This document shows, piece by piece, positions 50,695 through 61,600 of a stretch of DNA of 64,000 nucleotides; positions within the stretch are counted from its first letter, which is position 1, and each line of letters begins with the position of its first letter. Source of the DNA: an uncultured Poribacteria bacterium (GTDB taxonomy: Bacteria > Poribacteria > WGA-4E > WGA-3G). Under the pieces are notes generated by a model. That model did no database searches and was not told the origin of the DNA. It saw only the letters and a list, made by a program, of their open reading frames with translations. The stretch covers positions 2,400,001 to 2,464,000 of the forward strand of contig OX638351.1 of assembly GCA_951813565.1 (NCBI GenBank), read 5' to 3'. The translations under genes and the position numbers were made by a program.

Positions 50695-53600
50695 TTAGGT
50701 TAATATATCCTCAATCGCGAGAGGTTGTTCAAGTTCATTGTTCGCGGCTTCGAGTTTTTCTCTGCTTGAGACAACACAAACCGCAGCTTTATCCAGATTT
50801 TCCTCAAAAACTTGAAGCAGTGCACGTTGGACCTCACTCGGTGTTGCACTGAGGCGTTGTGCGTAACGTTCTTCCCGCAGCTCGCGCGTCTGCCCACTGA
50901 TGTGGTACCACTGCGCGTTACTTACTGCTTGGCTTGGACGGATCGGTTTTTCCGCATCTTTCGCTGTTGCGATAATCGCACGGTCGATGTCTGTTTGCGT
51001 CCATTCTACCTGCTTGATGTAATCTACTGTCTGTTCAAAAACATTGATCGTGCGTGCCACATGCGGATCTCTAAACGATGATTGGTACAGTGCCGCGTCA
51101 AATGAATTATAAGAGAGCCTTGCACCATAAGCATTACCTTTAAATCGGATTTCACTCAATATGTAGTCCATCCCAACAAGGTGTGTACCAATAGAGATCA
51201 ATGCTGAATCCGGATGTGAATAGTGTGGTGCCGGCATGACATGTGCACAGTGCGCAATCTGAATCGGCCCCGCCAATCCTTCGCGCGGTGGTGTGTCATA
51301 CGGCTGAAATGCTACCGGGCCTGTAGCAACCGATTCATCTCCCATAGCACGCAGCCATTCACCGAGTTTTGTGCGTGTTACCTGATAGGCAGAATCGGAA
51401 CCGACAAACCCGGCTGTCACACGCCCACGATTTAATAAAAAATATCGAATCTCTTCTATATGACCTATAAGGTCAGCGTTATGTTCGTCAAAATTATTGA
51501 GCAGATTTTCACTATGTCTGAGTTGTGGTAGACCGTAAACGATTTCAGCGAGATGTGCTTGTGGTGAAAGTCCACGGGAAGCATGATGTGTGGCTGTGCT
51601 TGAACCATCCTGAACCATCTCCGTCTGGTATTCAGCGACTGCTTGTACCATTACATCATGAAGACGTTCTGCATCGCGCGGATTTACAGAAAAAACAAGA
51701 TCATGCAGCACATCAAGTGCTACGTCCATTTTACCATCAAGCACTTTGAGATGAAAGTATGCGTTTTGCAATGAACGGCTGGGATCAAGTGCATGTGTAC
51801 GGAACCCAACACCGCATCGGATTCCACCAGTAACAGACGACTTTCGGAGTGCCATTTCCGCGAAATCCATTTCTGCTGCACCGAGTTTATGTATCGCGTC
51901 AATATATCTCGGCAAATATGTCCAGAGGTGTTGCGGTAACCCACGAATATCAAAATCCAATACAAAATAGTTAACACCGTTAGCAAAGACATCACTATGG
52001 AGGAGGTCTTGTCCACAAACTTTCTCTACTGTGGTAGGGATATGTTTTGGTCTATTGGGCAGATCACTCACTTGGAGTTGTGGCAGTTTTGCCAACGCTT
52101 CAGGCGGATTTGGTTGCCCATTCATCCGTTCTAATTCTGCAGCGTCAGCCGCAATCTGTCTCGTCTGTTCCTCCGTAAGTTGTGCACGGATAGCCTTCGT
52201 GCGTTGTTCTAATTCGGCATCGAGTTCTGCCTGCATGTTCTGGTCAGGTGAGAGCACACTCGTCAAAAGGTGTGGATTGTCCACAAGTCGTTCGCGCATC
52301 ATTTCATTAAATATACTTGGATTTTCCTGCCAACGCCGACGAACAGTAGTAAGACTCTCTCGCATCTTCAGGAAAGTATCCGTATCCTTATCGTATATCC
52401 ACGCACCAATAACGCGATAAAGCATGCGGAGTGGGAACATCGGTGCTACTTCTTGGTAGTGATAAGTTGACTGTTGGAAAGCAGCTTCTACTAATTCGCT
52501 TTCAAACTCGTTTTCAGCAAGTTCTGTGAGGGTATCGGTGACCAAATTAGTGAATGCTTCAACACGATCTGCTTCGCTCCCCTTGATTCCAACACAGAAA
52601 GTACCGTTCGGACCAATAGAACTTACACCAGAAAAAATGAGATCTGTCCCCAATTTTGAGTCTATAATCGCTTTCTTAAGAGGGGCAGCTTCATTACCCA
52701 GAAGGATGAGCGTCAGAATGTAACACATCGCAACATCCTCAGGATCTGTCGCATCACCGATGAGCCAACTCAACATCAGATAGGTCTTTTCTGTGAGTGA
52801 TTCATCTGGAGCAACGGGATAAGTATCGGTCACAGTCTGTGGCGATTCCCATCTCGGTTGGTGTGTAACTTCCGCATTAAGAGGTTGCATTGAGGCGACA
52901 GTCTCATTTTTTGGAATCTTGTCCAACCTGTCAGCAAGAAACGCGAGATAGTCGCTTGTTGGAATATCGCCGTAAAGGAAAAAATATCCATTGCTGGGAT
53001 GGTAATATGTCTCATGAAATCCTTTTAACTGCTGATATGTCAAGTCAGGAATAGCATCGGGGTCTCCACCCGATTCCTTTGCGTACAGTGTATCAGGAAG
53101 AAGTCTACTTGTCATTGAGCGATACAGCCGCGATTCGGGATCGGAAAAAACACCTTTCATCTCATTGTAGACGATGCCTGTTATCTTTAGATCACCTGTT
53201 GGATCTTCCTGATCAACGGGCGCAAGATGGTGCCCTTCGCGCTTGAATGTTTCCTCTGTCAGCAACGGATGGAATACAGCATCAAAATAGACTTCCGCCA
53301 AGTTAAAGAGGTCTTTTTTAACGTTGCTCGCGACTGGATAATAGGTGTGGTCTGAGCTTGTCATGGCGTTGATAAAAGTCGCCATGCTCATTTTAATCAT
53401 TTCAAAAAATGGTTCTTTTACCGGAAATTTTTGCGAACCTGCCAAGACAGCATGTTCAAGGATATGCGGAACACCGGTATCGTCTGTCGGTGGCGTAGGA
53501 AAATTGATTGAGAAAAGGTTTTCTGTGTCGTCTGTGTAGAGATGAAGTAGACGTGCACCACTATGGTTATGCGCCAATTCAATTGTTACGGCACGTAATT

Positions 53601-53712
53601 CTTCAATTGGTGTGATGTTTTTTACCTCAAATCCGTGAAGTTGTTGTCCGAGTTCAAGGTCAATGGGCGGGTGCTGGGACCCGCCATTTCCAGCTGCGAG
53701 TTTTGAATCCAT
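50695..53712 (-). CDS. M16C insulinase-family (presequence protease-like) metallopeptidase
   Basis: PHILEH, FINAMT, GIVYNEMKG, IRFKGNAYG, SFRDP. Confidence 0.92.
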   Translation of the reverse strand: MDSKLAAGNGGSQHPPIDLELGQQLHGFEVKNITPIEELRAVTIELAHNHSGARLLHLYTDDTENLFSINFPTPPTDDTGVPHILEHAVLAGSQKFPVKEPFFEMIKMSMATFINAMTSSDHTYYPVASNVKKDLFNLAEVYFDAVFHPLLTEETFKREGHHLAPVDQEDPTGDLKITGIVYNEMKGVFSDPESRLYRSMTSRLLPDTLYAKESGGDPDAIPDLTYQQLKGFHETYYHPSNGYFFLYGDIPTSDYLAFLADRLDKIPKNETVASMQPLNAEVTHQPRWESPQTVTDTYPVAPDESLTEKTYLMLSWLIGDATDPEDVAMCYILTLILLGNEAAPLKKAIIDSKLGTDLIFSGVSSIGPNGTFCVGIKGSEADRVEAFTNLVTDTLTELAENEFESELVEAAFQQSTYHYQEVAPMFPLRMLYRVIGAWIYDKDTDTFLKMRESLTTVRRRWQENPSIFNEMMRERLVDNPHLLTSVLSPDQNMQAELDAELEQRTKAIRAQLTEEQTRQIAADAAELERMNGQPNPPEALAKLPQLQVSDLPNRPKHIPTTVEKVCGQDLLHSDVFANGVNYFVLDFDIRGLPQHLWTYLPRYIDAIHKLGAAEMDFAEMALRKSSVTGGIRCGVGFRTHALDPSRSLQNAYFHLKVLDGKMDVALDVLHDLVFSVNPRDAERLHDVMVQAVAEYQTEMVQDGSSTATHHASRGLSPQAHLAEIVYGLPQLRHSENLLNNFDEHNADLIGHIEEIRYFLLNRGRVTAGFVGSDSAYQVTRTKLGEWLRAMGDESVATGPVAFQPYDTPPREGLAGPIQIAHCAHVMPAPHYSHPDSALISIGTHLVGMDYILSEIRFKGNAYGARLSYNSFDAALYQSSFRDPHVARTINVFEQTVDYIKQVEWTQTDIDRAIIATAKDAEKPIRPSQAVSNAQWYHISGQTRELREERYAQRLSATPSEVQRALLQVFEENLDKAAVCVVSSREKLEAANNELEQPLAIEDILT

Positions 53713-53775
53713 TTTTGCCTCCAGTTTTTATTAGACTCTTACATTTTACTAAAAATATGGTCTACAAGTTTACGT

Positions 53776-56700
53776 TTATATGTCCTCAATTTCAAGCGGA
53801 TGATCCATTTTCTGATTTTCTGTCTCTAATTTCTCACGACTCGCAACCACACAGATCGAGGCTTTATCTCTGTTCTCCTCAAAAGTTTCAAGTAATGCCC
53901 GTTTAACCTCCTTGGGAGTTGCGCGTCGGAGTTGAGCATATTTTTCTTCAACCACTTCGCGTGTCTGCCCCTTAACATAATGCCAGATGGCATCAGTTGA
54001 GGCTTGACTGGGTCGAACTGTTTTTATGTAATCTGACGATTTTGCAATAATTGCCCGGTCAATATCAGTCTGCGTCCATTCTGTCTGATTAACATAGTCA
54101 ACTGTTTGTGTGAAAACGTTGAGTGTTCGGGCGACGTGCGGATCGTACTCCGATCCTTGGTGCATCATTGGTTCAAATGGATTATATGAGAAACAATAAC
54201 CGTAGGCGTTGCCCTTTAGCCGGATTTCGGGCAACATGTAATCATTTGCTAAGATATGCGAACCGATTGTCAAGAGTCCTGAATCCGGATGTGAGTAATG
54301 TGGTGCTGGCATCATCTGTGTGCAATGCGCTATTGGAATTGGAGCCGCTAATCCTTCACGTGGGGGCGTCCCAAAAGACTTAAAACCTATCGGTGCTGGA
54401 ATTATCGGTTCATTACGCATGCCGCCAATCCATTCGGTGAACTGTTCTCGAAACAGCTCATAAGCTGCGTCAGAACCGGTAAAACTGGCGGTTACGCGAC
54501 CTTGAACTAATAGAAACTCGCGAATCTGTTCAATATTATCGGTAAGTTCTTCATAAGATTCATCGAAACGGTTGAACAACACTTCACTTGTGCGGAATCG
54601 TGGTAGTCCGTAGACAATATCTGTGAGAAATCCTCGTTGTGAAAGTCCGCGGGCAGCACGACGATTTACAACAGATGCACCGTAATAGTCATGTTTCGAT
54701 TCTACTACTTGACTCAGAATGTCGTAAAGGCGTTCTTTATCGCGCGGGTTCACAGCAAAAATTAAATCGTGCAAAACGCCCAAGGCATCCTCAATTTTAC
54801 CGTCAAGTGCTTTGAGTCGAAATTGCATATCCCACACTGGACGACTTGGGTCAAGCGCTTGTGTGGTAAAGTTTGGCGAGCATCCAATGCCGCCGGTGGC
54901 TGCTGTTCTACGTTGTGCAATCTGTTCGTAATTCATCTTACCCGCGCCGAGTCTGCCGATGGCATCCGTGTATCTCGGTAGGTATTGCCAAAGGTGTTGC
55001 GGTAACCCTTGCAAGTCGAAGTTCAACGTGAGGTAGTTAACCCCGTTTGAAAAAATGTCGTTCCGAAGCAGCGGGCGCCCGCTAACCGTCTCAATAGTTG
55101 TTGGAATATGCAGTGGTTCTTTGGGAAGGTCAGAGACGTGTAGTTGTGGTAACTTTGCCAAATCCTCTGGTGAGTTCGGTTGTCCGCTCAGACGTTCAAG
55201 TTCAGCGGCATCGGCAGCAATTTGCCGCATCTGTTCATCAGTGAGTTGGGCACGGATCGCTTTCAGACGTTTATTTTCCTTCGCATCAAGCCTTGCCTGC
55301 ATATCTGGGTCAGGAGTCAGGATGGTCGTCAACCGATGTGGGTTGTCAAGGAGTCGCTCGCGAATCAATTCATTAAAAATCTGTGGGTTTTGCTCCCAAC
55401 GTTGACGCACAGCAGATAGGTGCGTCCCCATCTTCAAAAAGAGGGTCGGTTCCTTTTCATATACCCATGTATTTATGACACGTATCATCATTTGAAACGG
55501 GAAACCCGGTGTGACTTCCTGATAATCATAGGTGATCTGTTGGAATGCGGCTTCCACTATCTCTTTGTCAATTTCTGCGTCTGCAATTTGCGTTAGTGTC
55601 CTGATGACCAATTCTGTGAAAGCGTCAACGCGATCTGCTTCACTTCCAACGACGCCAACACAGAAAGTCCTATTCGGTCCTGTCAGACCGTCTAAGGAAT
55701 TTATGAGTATATCAGTTCCAAGTTTTGAATCGATGATCGCCCTTCGGAGCGGTGCTGCTGCATTGCCAAACAGAATCAGATTTAAGATATTGCACAGGAT
55801 GACATCTTCGGGATCTGTTGTCCCTCCGATGATCCAACTGAGCATCAAGTATGTCTTATCAGTGAGGGGCTCATCTGCACCAATTGGGTAGGTATCCGTT
55901 ACAGTCTGTGGAGATTTCCACTTCGGTTGATGTGTGATTTCTGGGCGGAGAGGGTGTAGAAAGCCATCTGTTTCTGTCTTTGGAGTAGCCGCCAGTTTAT
56001 CGGCAAGAAATAAGAGATAATCGTGTGTTGGTATATTGCCGTAGAAGAAGAAGTAGCTGTTGTGTGGATGGTAGTAGGTTTGGTGATAAGTTTTCAATTG
56101 TTCGTAGGTTAAGTCAGGCATAACCAGTGTATTTCCAGCACCATTGCGCGCATAGCAGGTGTCAGGTAGAAGTCCACCGGACATGGCAAAATGTAAACAC
56201 GCTTCTGGATGGAACAGATTGTTTTTCACTTCATTGTAAACGATTCCATTTATTATTAAATCTCCTGTGGGTTGATCTGGATCAGCAAGTTCAAGATGGT
56301 GTCCTTCACGTTTGAAAGTTTCTTTCGTCAGAAGTGGATGAAAAACCGAATCGAAGTGGACTTCTGCAACATTAAATAGGTCTTTCTTGACACTGTTTGA
56401 GGTGTAGTACAAGGCATGATCGACCCAGTTCATGGCATTCGTACTGTCATAAGTTGCGAGGCTCATTTTCATGATCTCAGAGACCACCCCTTTTAACGGA
56501 TAAGTACGAGATCCACTCATTACGGAATGCTCAAGGATATGCTGCAACCCTGTATCATCTAATGTTGGTGTTATTGGACTGATTGAAAACAGGTTTCTGG
56601 AGTCGTCTGTCCGGAGATGCAACAACCGTGCGCCGCTGCGTGGATGTAAGAGTTCTATTGCTACTGCGCGCAGTTCATCAATTGGTGTGATCGCTTTGAC

Positions 56701-56787
56701 TTCAAATCCGTGAAGTTCTTGTCCTTGCTGTAGAGCGACGGGCGGGTTTGTGGAACCACCACGACCAGCTGCGAGTTTTGCCTTCAT
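53776..56787 (-). CDS. M16C metallopeptidase, tandem paralog
   Basis: QHILEH, GIVYNEVKN, IRLKGNAYG; collinear with its neighbour. Confidence 0.9.
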   Translation of the reverse strand: MKAKLAAGRGGSTNPPVALQQGQELHGFEVKAITPIDELRAVAIELLHPRSGARLLHLRTDDSRNLFSISPITPTLDDTGLQHILEHSVMSGSRTYPLKGVVSEIMKMSLATYDSTNAMNWVDHALYYTSNSVKKDLFNVAEVHFDSVFHPLLTKETFKREGHHLELADPDQPTGDLIINGIVYNEVKNNLFHPEACLHFAMSGGLLPDTCYARNGAGNTLVMPDLTYEQLKTYHQTYYHPHNSYFFFYGNIPTHDYLLFLADKLAATPKTETDGFLHPLRPEITHQPKWKSPQTVTDTYPIGADEPLTDKTYLMLSWIIGGTTDPEDVILCNILNLILFGNAAAPLRRAIIDSKLGTDILINSLDGLTGPNRTFCVGVVGSEADRVDAFTELVIRTLTQIADAEIDKEIVEAAFQQITYDYQEVTPGFPFQMMIRVINTWVYEKEPTLFLKMGTHLSAVRQRWEQNPQIFNELIRERLLDNPHRLTTILTPDPDMQARLDAKENKRLKAIRAQLTDEQMRQIAADAAELERLSGQPNSPEDLAKLPQLHVSDLPKEPLHIPTTIETVSGRPLLRNDIFSNGVNYLTLNFDLQGLPQHLWQYLPRYTDAIGRLGAGKMNYEQIAQRRTAATGGIGCSPNFTTQALDPSRPVWDMQFRLKALDGKIEDALGVLHDLIFAVNPRDKERLYDILSQVVESKHDYYGASVVNRRAARGLSQRGFLTDIVYGLPRFRTSEVLFNRFDESYEELTDNIEQIREFLLVQGRVTASFTGSDAAYELFREQFTEWIGGMRNEPIIPAPIGFKSFGTPPREGLAAPIPIAHCTQMMPAPHYSHPDSGLLTIGSHILANDYMLPEIRLKGNAYGYCFSYNPFEPMMHQGSEYDPHVARTLNVFTQTVDYVNQTEWTQTDIDRAIIAKSSDYIKTVRPSQASTDAIWHYVKGQTREVVEEKYAQLRRATPKEVKRALLETFEENRDKASICVVASREKLETENQKMDHPLEIEDI

Positions 56788-56807
56788 TTTTCCTCCAGTT
56801 CATTTGA

Positions 56808-58109
56808 TTATTTCTTCTCTAAGCTTGCACAAACCAGTTCGTTGTCATTTCTTGCGAAGACGTGTTTGTAAGCAAAAGCGGGATGTGCCCACGTAACCCC
56901 GCCTCTACGGTTCAACTGGTCACGCGTAGGTTCAATCAATTTTGCACGACTGATTATGCTAAGTCCTTCGGGAGAGAGTTTTGTGATGAGAAGTTCACCG
57001 TGCTCATTGAACATCCAGACCTTATCACCGTTTTGAACAAAGTGGATAGTGCTCCAACGCGCTCTTTTAACAGCAGAAAGATCTTCCCAAATCCGATCGC
57101 CGTTTCGCGCATCTATGCATCGGAGTTCTCCGTAGCTGTCTACGCCATAGATATAATCACCCGCCCAAATTGGAGTTGACATCGTAGTTTGGATTGCCTC
57201 AGTATTCTTCTCGTCTTTACCTTGCTTGTGCCACACAAGTTTCACATCTAATTCATCAGTTGATAATTTCAGAAGAAATGCCCCTTCATAGAAATTAGTA
57301 ACGAACAACCGATTGTTACTCACAATGGGTGTGGCAATTCCGATTTCCCATCGAGTGGGAGGAATCGGATATTTCCAATGTAATTTTCCAGTCTGAGGAT
57401 TTAATGCAGCAACGTTAGCACCTGTCCAACAAATTAAGACCCGTTTTCCTGCTTGCGTAATTATGATGGGAGCAGAATAAGATGCGTTATCTTCCAATGC
57501 TTTCCATTTTTCCTCACCCGTTTTTCGGTCAAACGCAACGATGCATGCGTCTGGCTTGCCACCGATTTGCACAATGAGATTATCTGCTTCAACAATAGGC
57601 GCGCAAGCAATCCCCCAAATCGGCATATTAATGTTATATTCAGTGTTTAAGTCTTTTTTCCATTTGATTTCACCAGTGGCAGCATCAAAACAGTGTAGAT
57701 GTCCCATCGCACCTAAAGCATAGGCGAGTCCATCGTGTACGGTGACATTGGCACGCGGACCAGCTGAATAGTCAATCTTGTATACGCAATCGTAGGTGTA
57801 AGACCAAATTTCGTCTCCCGTTTCCCAATCGAAGCAGTGGACACGTTCGACCTGTTTCGGTTTTGTGATCCTGTCGGTAACGTATACACGTCCATCAGCG
57901 ACAGTCGGGCCACTATATCCGCTACCGATAGGCACGCTCCAACGTATAGGGATTTCTGGGTCATTAAATTCCTCAATGATATCAGTTTCGTCCCAAACCC
58001 CGTCTCGGTTTGGACCGCGCCATTGAGGCCAATCATCAGCAGTTGCAAATTGCCCCAGCATCAATACAACGGCAAAAAACGTAATGAAAAGGCATGTAAA
58101 ATGTTTCAT
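56808..58109 (-). CDS. Secreted PQQ-binding-like beta-propeller
   Basis: Signal peptide, DWPQWRGPNRDG, GYSGPTV, WAHPA. Confidence 0.88.
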   Translation of the reverse strand: MKHFTCLFITFFAVVLMLGQFATADDWPQWRGPNRDGVWDETDIIEEFNDPEIPIRWSVPIGSGYSGPTVADGRVYVTDRITKPKQVERVHCFDWETGDEIWSYTYDCVYKIDYSAGPRANVTVHDGLAYALGAMGHLHCFDAATGEIKWKKDLNTEYNINMPIWGIACAPIVEADNLIVQIGGKPDACIVAFDRKTGEEKWKALEDNASYSAPIIITQAGKRVLICWTGANVAALNPQTGKLHWKYPIPPTRWEIGIATPIVSNNRLFVTNFYEGAFLLKLSTDELDVKLVWHKQGKDEKNTEAIQTTMSTPIWAGDYIYGVDSYGELRCIDARNGDRIWEDLSAVKRARWSTIHFVQNGDKVWMFNEHGELLITKLSPEGLSIISRAKLIEPTRDQLNRRGGVTWAHPAFAYKHVFARNDNELVCASLEKK

Positions 58110-58399
58110 GGTTTTATGTAAAACTCCTCAGTTATCGGATCGTTTATGGTAGACCCTGTCATCTTTTAACTCTGTTTGTGATGTCAATCTGTTTCTGTTT
58201 GAGATTATCAAGTTACGGTGAGTATTCAACCAAAATTGCAGTTATATTTTATCATTTTACGATGAGTTTGTCAATGGAAAATGTATTTTCATTCAACCTG
58301 ATTTTGCTTGCCTCTTTTACTTAAGCATGGTAAAATTCACCCCATTGCATACGGTGTTGAGAATTCGGAGAATTTATAGGAGAGCCCCTTTAAATTTGA

Positions 58400-58606
58400 G
58401 TTTATGATAACTTTCCTATTCCATCCATAACAGTGGAAAACCAACAGATTGCTACAAAGATTGAAGGTATAGTTTGCAAAGATCATTGATGCTAAACAAG
58501 TTGACCCTGACGTAGACATTTCCGACCTTGAAAATGAGATTGACAAACTGGTATACGCTTTATACAACTTAACCGACGATGAGATTGGATGCAATTGTAG
58601 AGTGAA
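58400..58606 (+). pseudogene. Frameshifted C-terminal remnant of a type IIG restriction-modification enzyme
   Basis: Across frames it reads NFPIPSITVENQQIATKIEGIV / KIIDAKQVDPDVDISDLENEIDKLVYALYNLTDDEI / AIVE*, the typical Eco57I-like tail. Confidence 0.7.
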
Positions 58607-58645
58607 GTGTCTGAACACCATACTGAAAATAGGAGAAATATTATA

Positions 58646-60310
58646 ATGGAAGAAATAAAGTTGGAAATTCCGAGAGTTCCAAATGATCCAAACCCAATAA
58701 GTCTAAGCCTAAAGAATGGCGATCAATTATTCATAGTTGGAGCCAACGGTTCAGGGAAATCTGCGTTAATGCAGCGATTTGCCTCAGAAAACCAGAACGG
58801 TAAGTTTAAGTTGATAACAGCTCATAGACAAACATGGTTAGACACAGAAAGGAATAATCTCACACCTGATAATCGTCAAGCATCTGAAAATAACAGGCTA
58901 AACTATACTACAAAACCCAGTGCACGCTGGACAGATTCGTTTAGTCCCAGGGACTGGTCTACTATTCTATTTGACTTGGATGCTAAAGAGAACGCTATTG
59001 ATAAGTCTATTGCTCAGCATGTACGTAATAAAGATACATCAATAGCGGAAAAAATTGCTGCTGAATCTCCATTACCGTTTGATCAAATGAATGAGTTGCT
59101 TGACTTAGGTAGGTTGAAGGTCACGCTTGAAAAAGCAGAGGATCGGAGAATACTCGCCAAGCAATCACAAGGACAGCCTTTTAGTGTTGTACAAATGTCC
59201 GATGGTGAACGGAACGCAATGATTATTGCAGGACATGTTATTACTGCTGAGGCTGGAACAGTATTCCTGATTGATGAACCAGACAGACACCTCCATCGAT
59301 CCATCACCCAACCTTTTTTCTCGGCACTGTTTGATCTCAGAAAAGAGGACTGCATTTTTATTATAGCCTCTCACGATATAGGTCTACCGACCGTTAACGC
59401 GGAAGCACGAGTTCTTATACTCCGATCATGTCAATGGAACAGTTCCCGATGTATAAGTTGGGATGCAGCAGTTTTGGAACCGAATTCACAACTCTCAGAA
59501 GATCTCAAATTATCAGAAGAACTAAAGCATGATATACTTGGATCCAGAAAAAAGATGCTTTTTGTTGAGGGAAGTTCTAATAGTCTGGATCTTAAACTTT
59601 ATGAAATATTATTTCCGGATATTTCTGTAATTCCAAAAGGAAGTTGTGAAGAAGTCCAAAAAGCAGTCATTGGTTTACACGACTCTCAAGAGAATCACCA
59701 CGTTGAAGCATTTGGTCTGATTGATCGAGACAACCGGGAAGACGAGGATGTAAAAGAACTTAGTAAAAAAGGCATATTTGCCTTAGAAGTCTATGCTGTA
59801 GAATCTCTCTACTATTGTTCAGATGCTATTGATGCTATTGCTGACCAACAAGCAAGATCCTTAAATGAAGATAAAAACAAACTTATTGAGTCAGCTAACA
59901 AACAGGCGATTGATGACTTAAATAAACATGCAGAAAGAATGTCCGCGCGAAGATGTGAACGTCAAGTAAAAGAAACCATGTCTAAAAGTCTGAACTGGGA
60001 AACAATCATAAATAGCCCAAATCAATCTATTGAAATACCTATCGATAATCCGTTTACTGATGAACTTAAACATTTCAATATGCTTGTTGAAGAAGAAAAC
60101 CTTAATAAACTAATAGACCGTTATCCTACCCGCGAAAGTGGTGCTTTCGAATTAATAGCAAAGTCACTCAGATGTCCAAACAAAAAAGATTATGAACAGA
60201 GGGTCATTACACAAATTAGACAGGACAATGAATTAGCAGAGAAACTAAAAAAACGGATTGGACCACTGTCAGAAGTATTAGATCCTAAAGATAACCCGCA
60301 AACTACATAA
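58646..60310 (+). CDS. ABC-type ATPase fused to a DUF4435/TOPRIM-like domain (OLD/PARIS-like defence candidate)
   Basis: GANGSGKS, MSDGER, LIDEPDRHLH, ASHD; then FVEG...D and GLIDRD TOPRIM motifs; RBS AGGAG. Confidence 0.8.
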   Translation: MEEIKLEIPRVPNDPNPISLSLKNGDQLFIVGANGSGKSALMQRFASENQNGKFKLITAHRQTWLDTERNNLTPDNRQASENNRLNYTTKPSARWTDSFSPRDWSTILFDLDAKENAIDKSIAQHVRNKDTSIAEKIAAESPLPFDQMNELLDLGRLKVTLEKAEDRRILAKQSQGQPFSVVQMSDGERNAMIIAGHVITAEAGTVFLIDEPDRHLHRSITQPFFSALFDLRKEDCIFIIASHDIGLPTVNAEARVLILRSCQWNSSRCISWDAAVLEPNSQLSEDLKLSEELKHDILGSRKKMLFVEGSSNSLDLKLYEILFPDISVIPKGSCEEVQKAVIGLHDSQENHHVEAFGLIDRDNREDEDVKELSKKGIFALEVYAVESLYYCSDAIDAIADQQARSLNEDKNKLIESANKQAIDDLNKHAERMSARRCERQVKETMSKSLNWETIINSPNQSIEIPIDNPFTDELKHFNMLVEEENLNKLIDRYPTRESGAFELIAKSLRCPNKKDYEQRVITQIRQDNELAEKLKKRIGPLSEVLDPKDNPQTT

Positions 60311-60545
60311 TCTGAATCTCAGATTACGCGGATTTTCTGTTCTCTGTGCCATAGCGTTTTATTGTCTGCAGTCAAACCGATTTGATAAACGAAGGTTAAA
60401 ATCCGCGTCATCCGCGCAAACCCGCCTAATCCGCGATTCAGAAAAACACACGCGCAGATCACGCAATTACGCTGCTATTGTGAAGTGAATTTGGGATTTG
60501 CAAGGGCAAAATCCGTGTCATCCGTGCAAATCTGAGATTCTGACA
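60311..60545. repeat. Cluster of AATCCGCG/ATCCGTG short repeats bounded by inverted TC(T/A)GAATCTCAGATT
   Basis: TCTGAATCTCAGATT ... AATCTGAGATTCTGA, with AAAATCCG(C/T)GTCATCCG(C/T)GCAAA occurring twice. Confidence 0.6.
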
Positions 60546-60608
60546 AAAAAGTAATCCGAGTCATCCATACCTGTTGACAAAATCTCTACAAACTGCATAG
60601 GATTATCA

Positions 60609-60637
60609 TTGACAAGATAAAGCAAAAATAGTATACT
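60609..60637 (+). promoter_or_regulatory. Sigma-70 promoter
   Basis: TTGACA-N17-TATACT upstream of the SDR gene. Confidence 0.7.
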
Positions 60638-60704
60638 TAATCAAATAAGATAGATTCAGCATTTGAAAGGACTGAGGGCAGTTTGCTGCCCAAATTAACA
60701 ACGT

Positions 60705-61496
60705 ATGAACCTCGGACTTACGGAAAAAATTGCAGTTGTAGGTGCATCAAGCAAAGGGCTTGGGAGAGCAATTGCGCTCGGTTTAGCACAAGAAGGCGCA
60801 AAGGTCACCATCTGTGCGAGAAATAGCGACACATTGGAGGCAACTGCGGAGGAAATCCGTAACCAAACGGACTCCGAAGTGTTGGCTGTGCCGACAGATG
60901 TTAGTCAACCAGAGCAGGTAGAATCTCTAATAGATAAAGCAATATCGCACTTTGGCGGTATTGATATTTTAATTAACAATGCAGGTGGGCCCAGAGCGGG
61001 GCGATTTGACGACCTGTCAGCAGAAGATTATCTGACTGCTGTGCATCTGAATCTGATGAGCACGATAAACTTATGTCGTGCTGTTGTACCGACGATGCGT
61101 GCACGCGGTGGCGGACGGATTATCAATCTTACATCTGTTTCTGTCAAGCAACCTGTAGATGGACTGATGTTATCAAATATGGCGCGAACAGGTGTGATCG
61201 GATTTGCCAAGACACTCGCAACAGAACTCGCTCCCGATAAGATACTGGTCAATAACGTATGTCCTGGGATCATCTTTACTGATCGGATTAAGCAGTTGGC
61301 GACAGTACGTGCAGAAGAAACAGGTATCTCGTTTGATGCTGCGCTTGAGAGAATGACAGCAGATATTCCTTTAGGAAGAATTGGAGATCCAGAAGAATTC
61401 GCGAACTTGGTTGTTTTTCTTGCCTCAGAACGGGCAAGTTATATTACCGGTGCAACAATTCAAGCAGATGGAGGCATGGTAAAATCCTTGCTCTAA
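60705..61496 (+). CDS. SDR family oxidoreductase
   Basis: GASSKGLG, NNAGGP, SNMAR, GRIGDPEE. Confidence 0.9.
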   Translation: MNLGLTEKIAVVGASSKGLGRAIALGLAQEGAKVTICARNSDTLEATAEEIRNQTDSEVLAVPTDVSQPEQVESLIDKAISHFGGIDILINNAGGPRAGRFDDLSAEDYLTAVHLNLMSTINLCRAVVPTMRARGGGRIINLTSVSVKQPVDGLMLSNMARTGVIGFAKTLATELAPDKILVNNVCPGIIFTDRIKQLATVRAEETGISFDAALERMTADIPLGRIGDPEEFANLVVFLASERASYITGATIQADGGMVKSLL

Positions 61497-61600
61497 TTGA
61501 GTGTTGATTATCAGAGTCAGAGACTTCAGGTATTTTGACTTCTTTTTACTGATTGCTGAAAGCCGGCCACCGATAACCATTAATAGAAATGTAATACATA

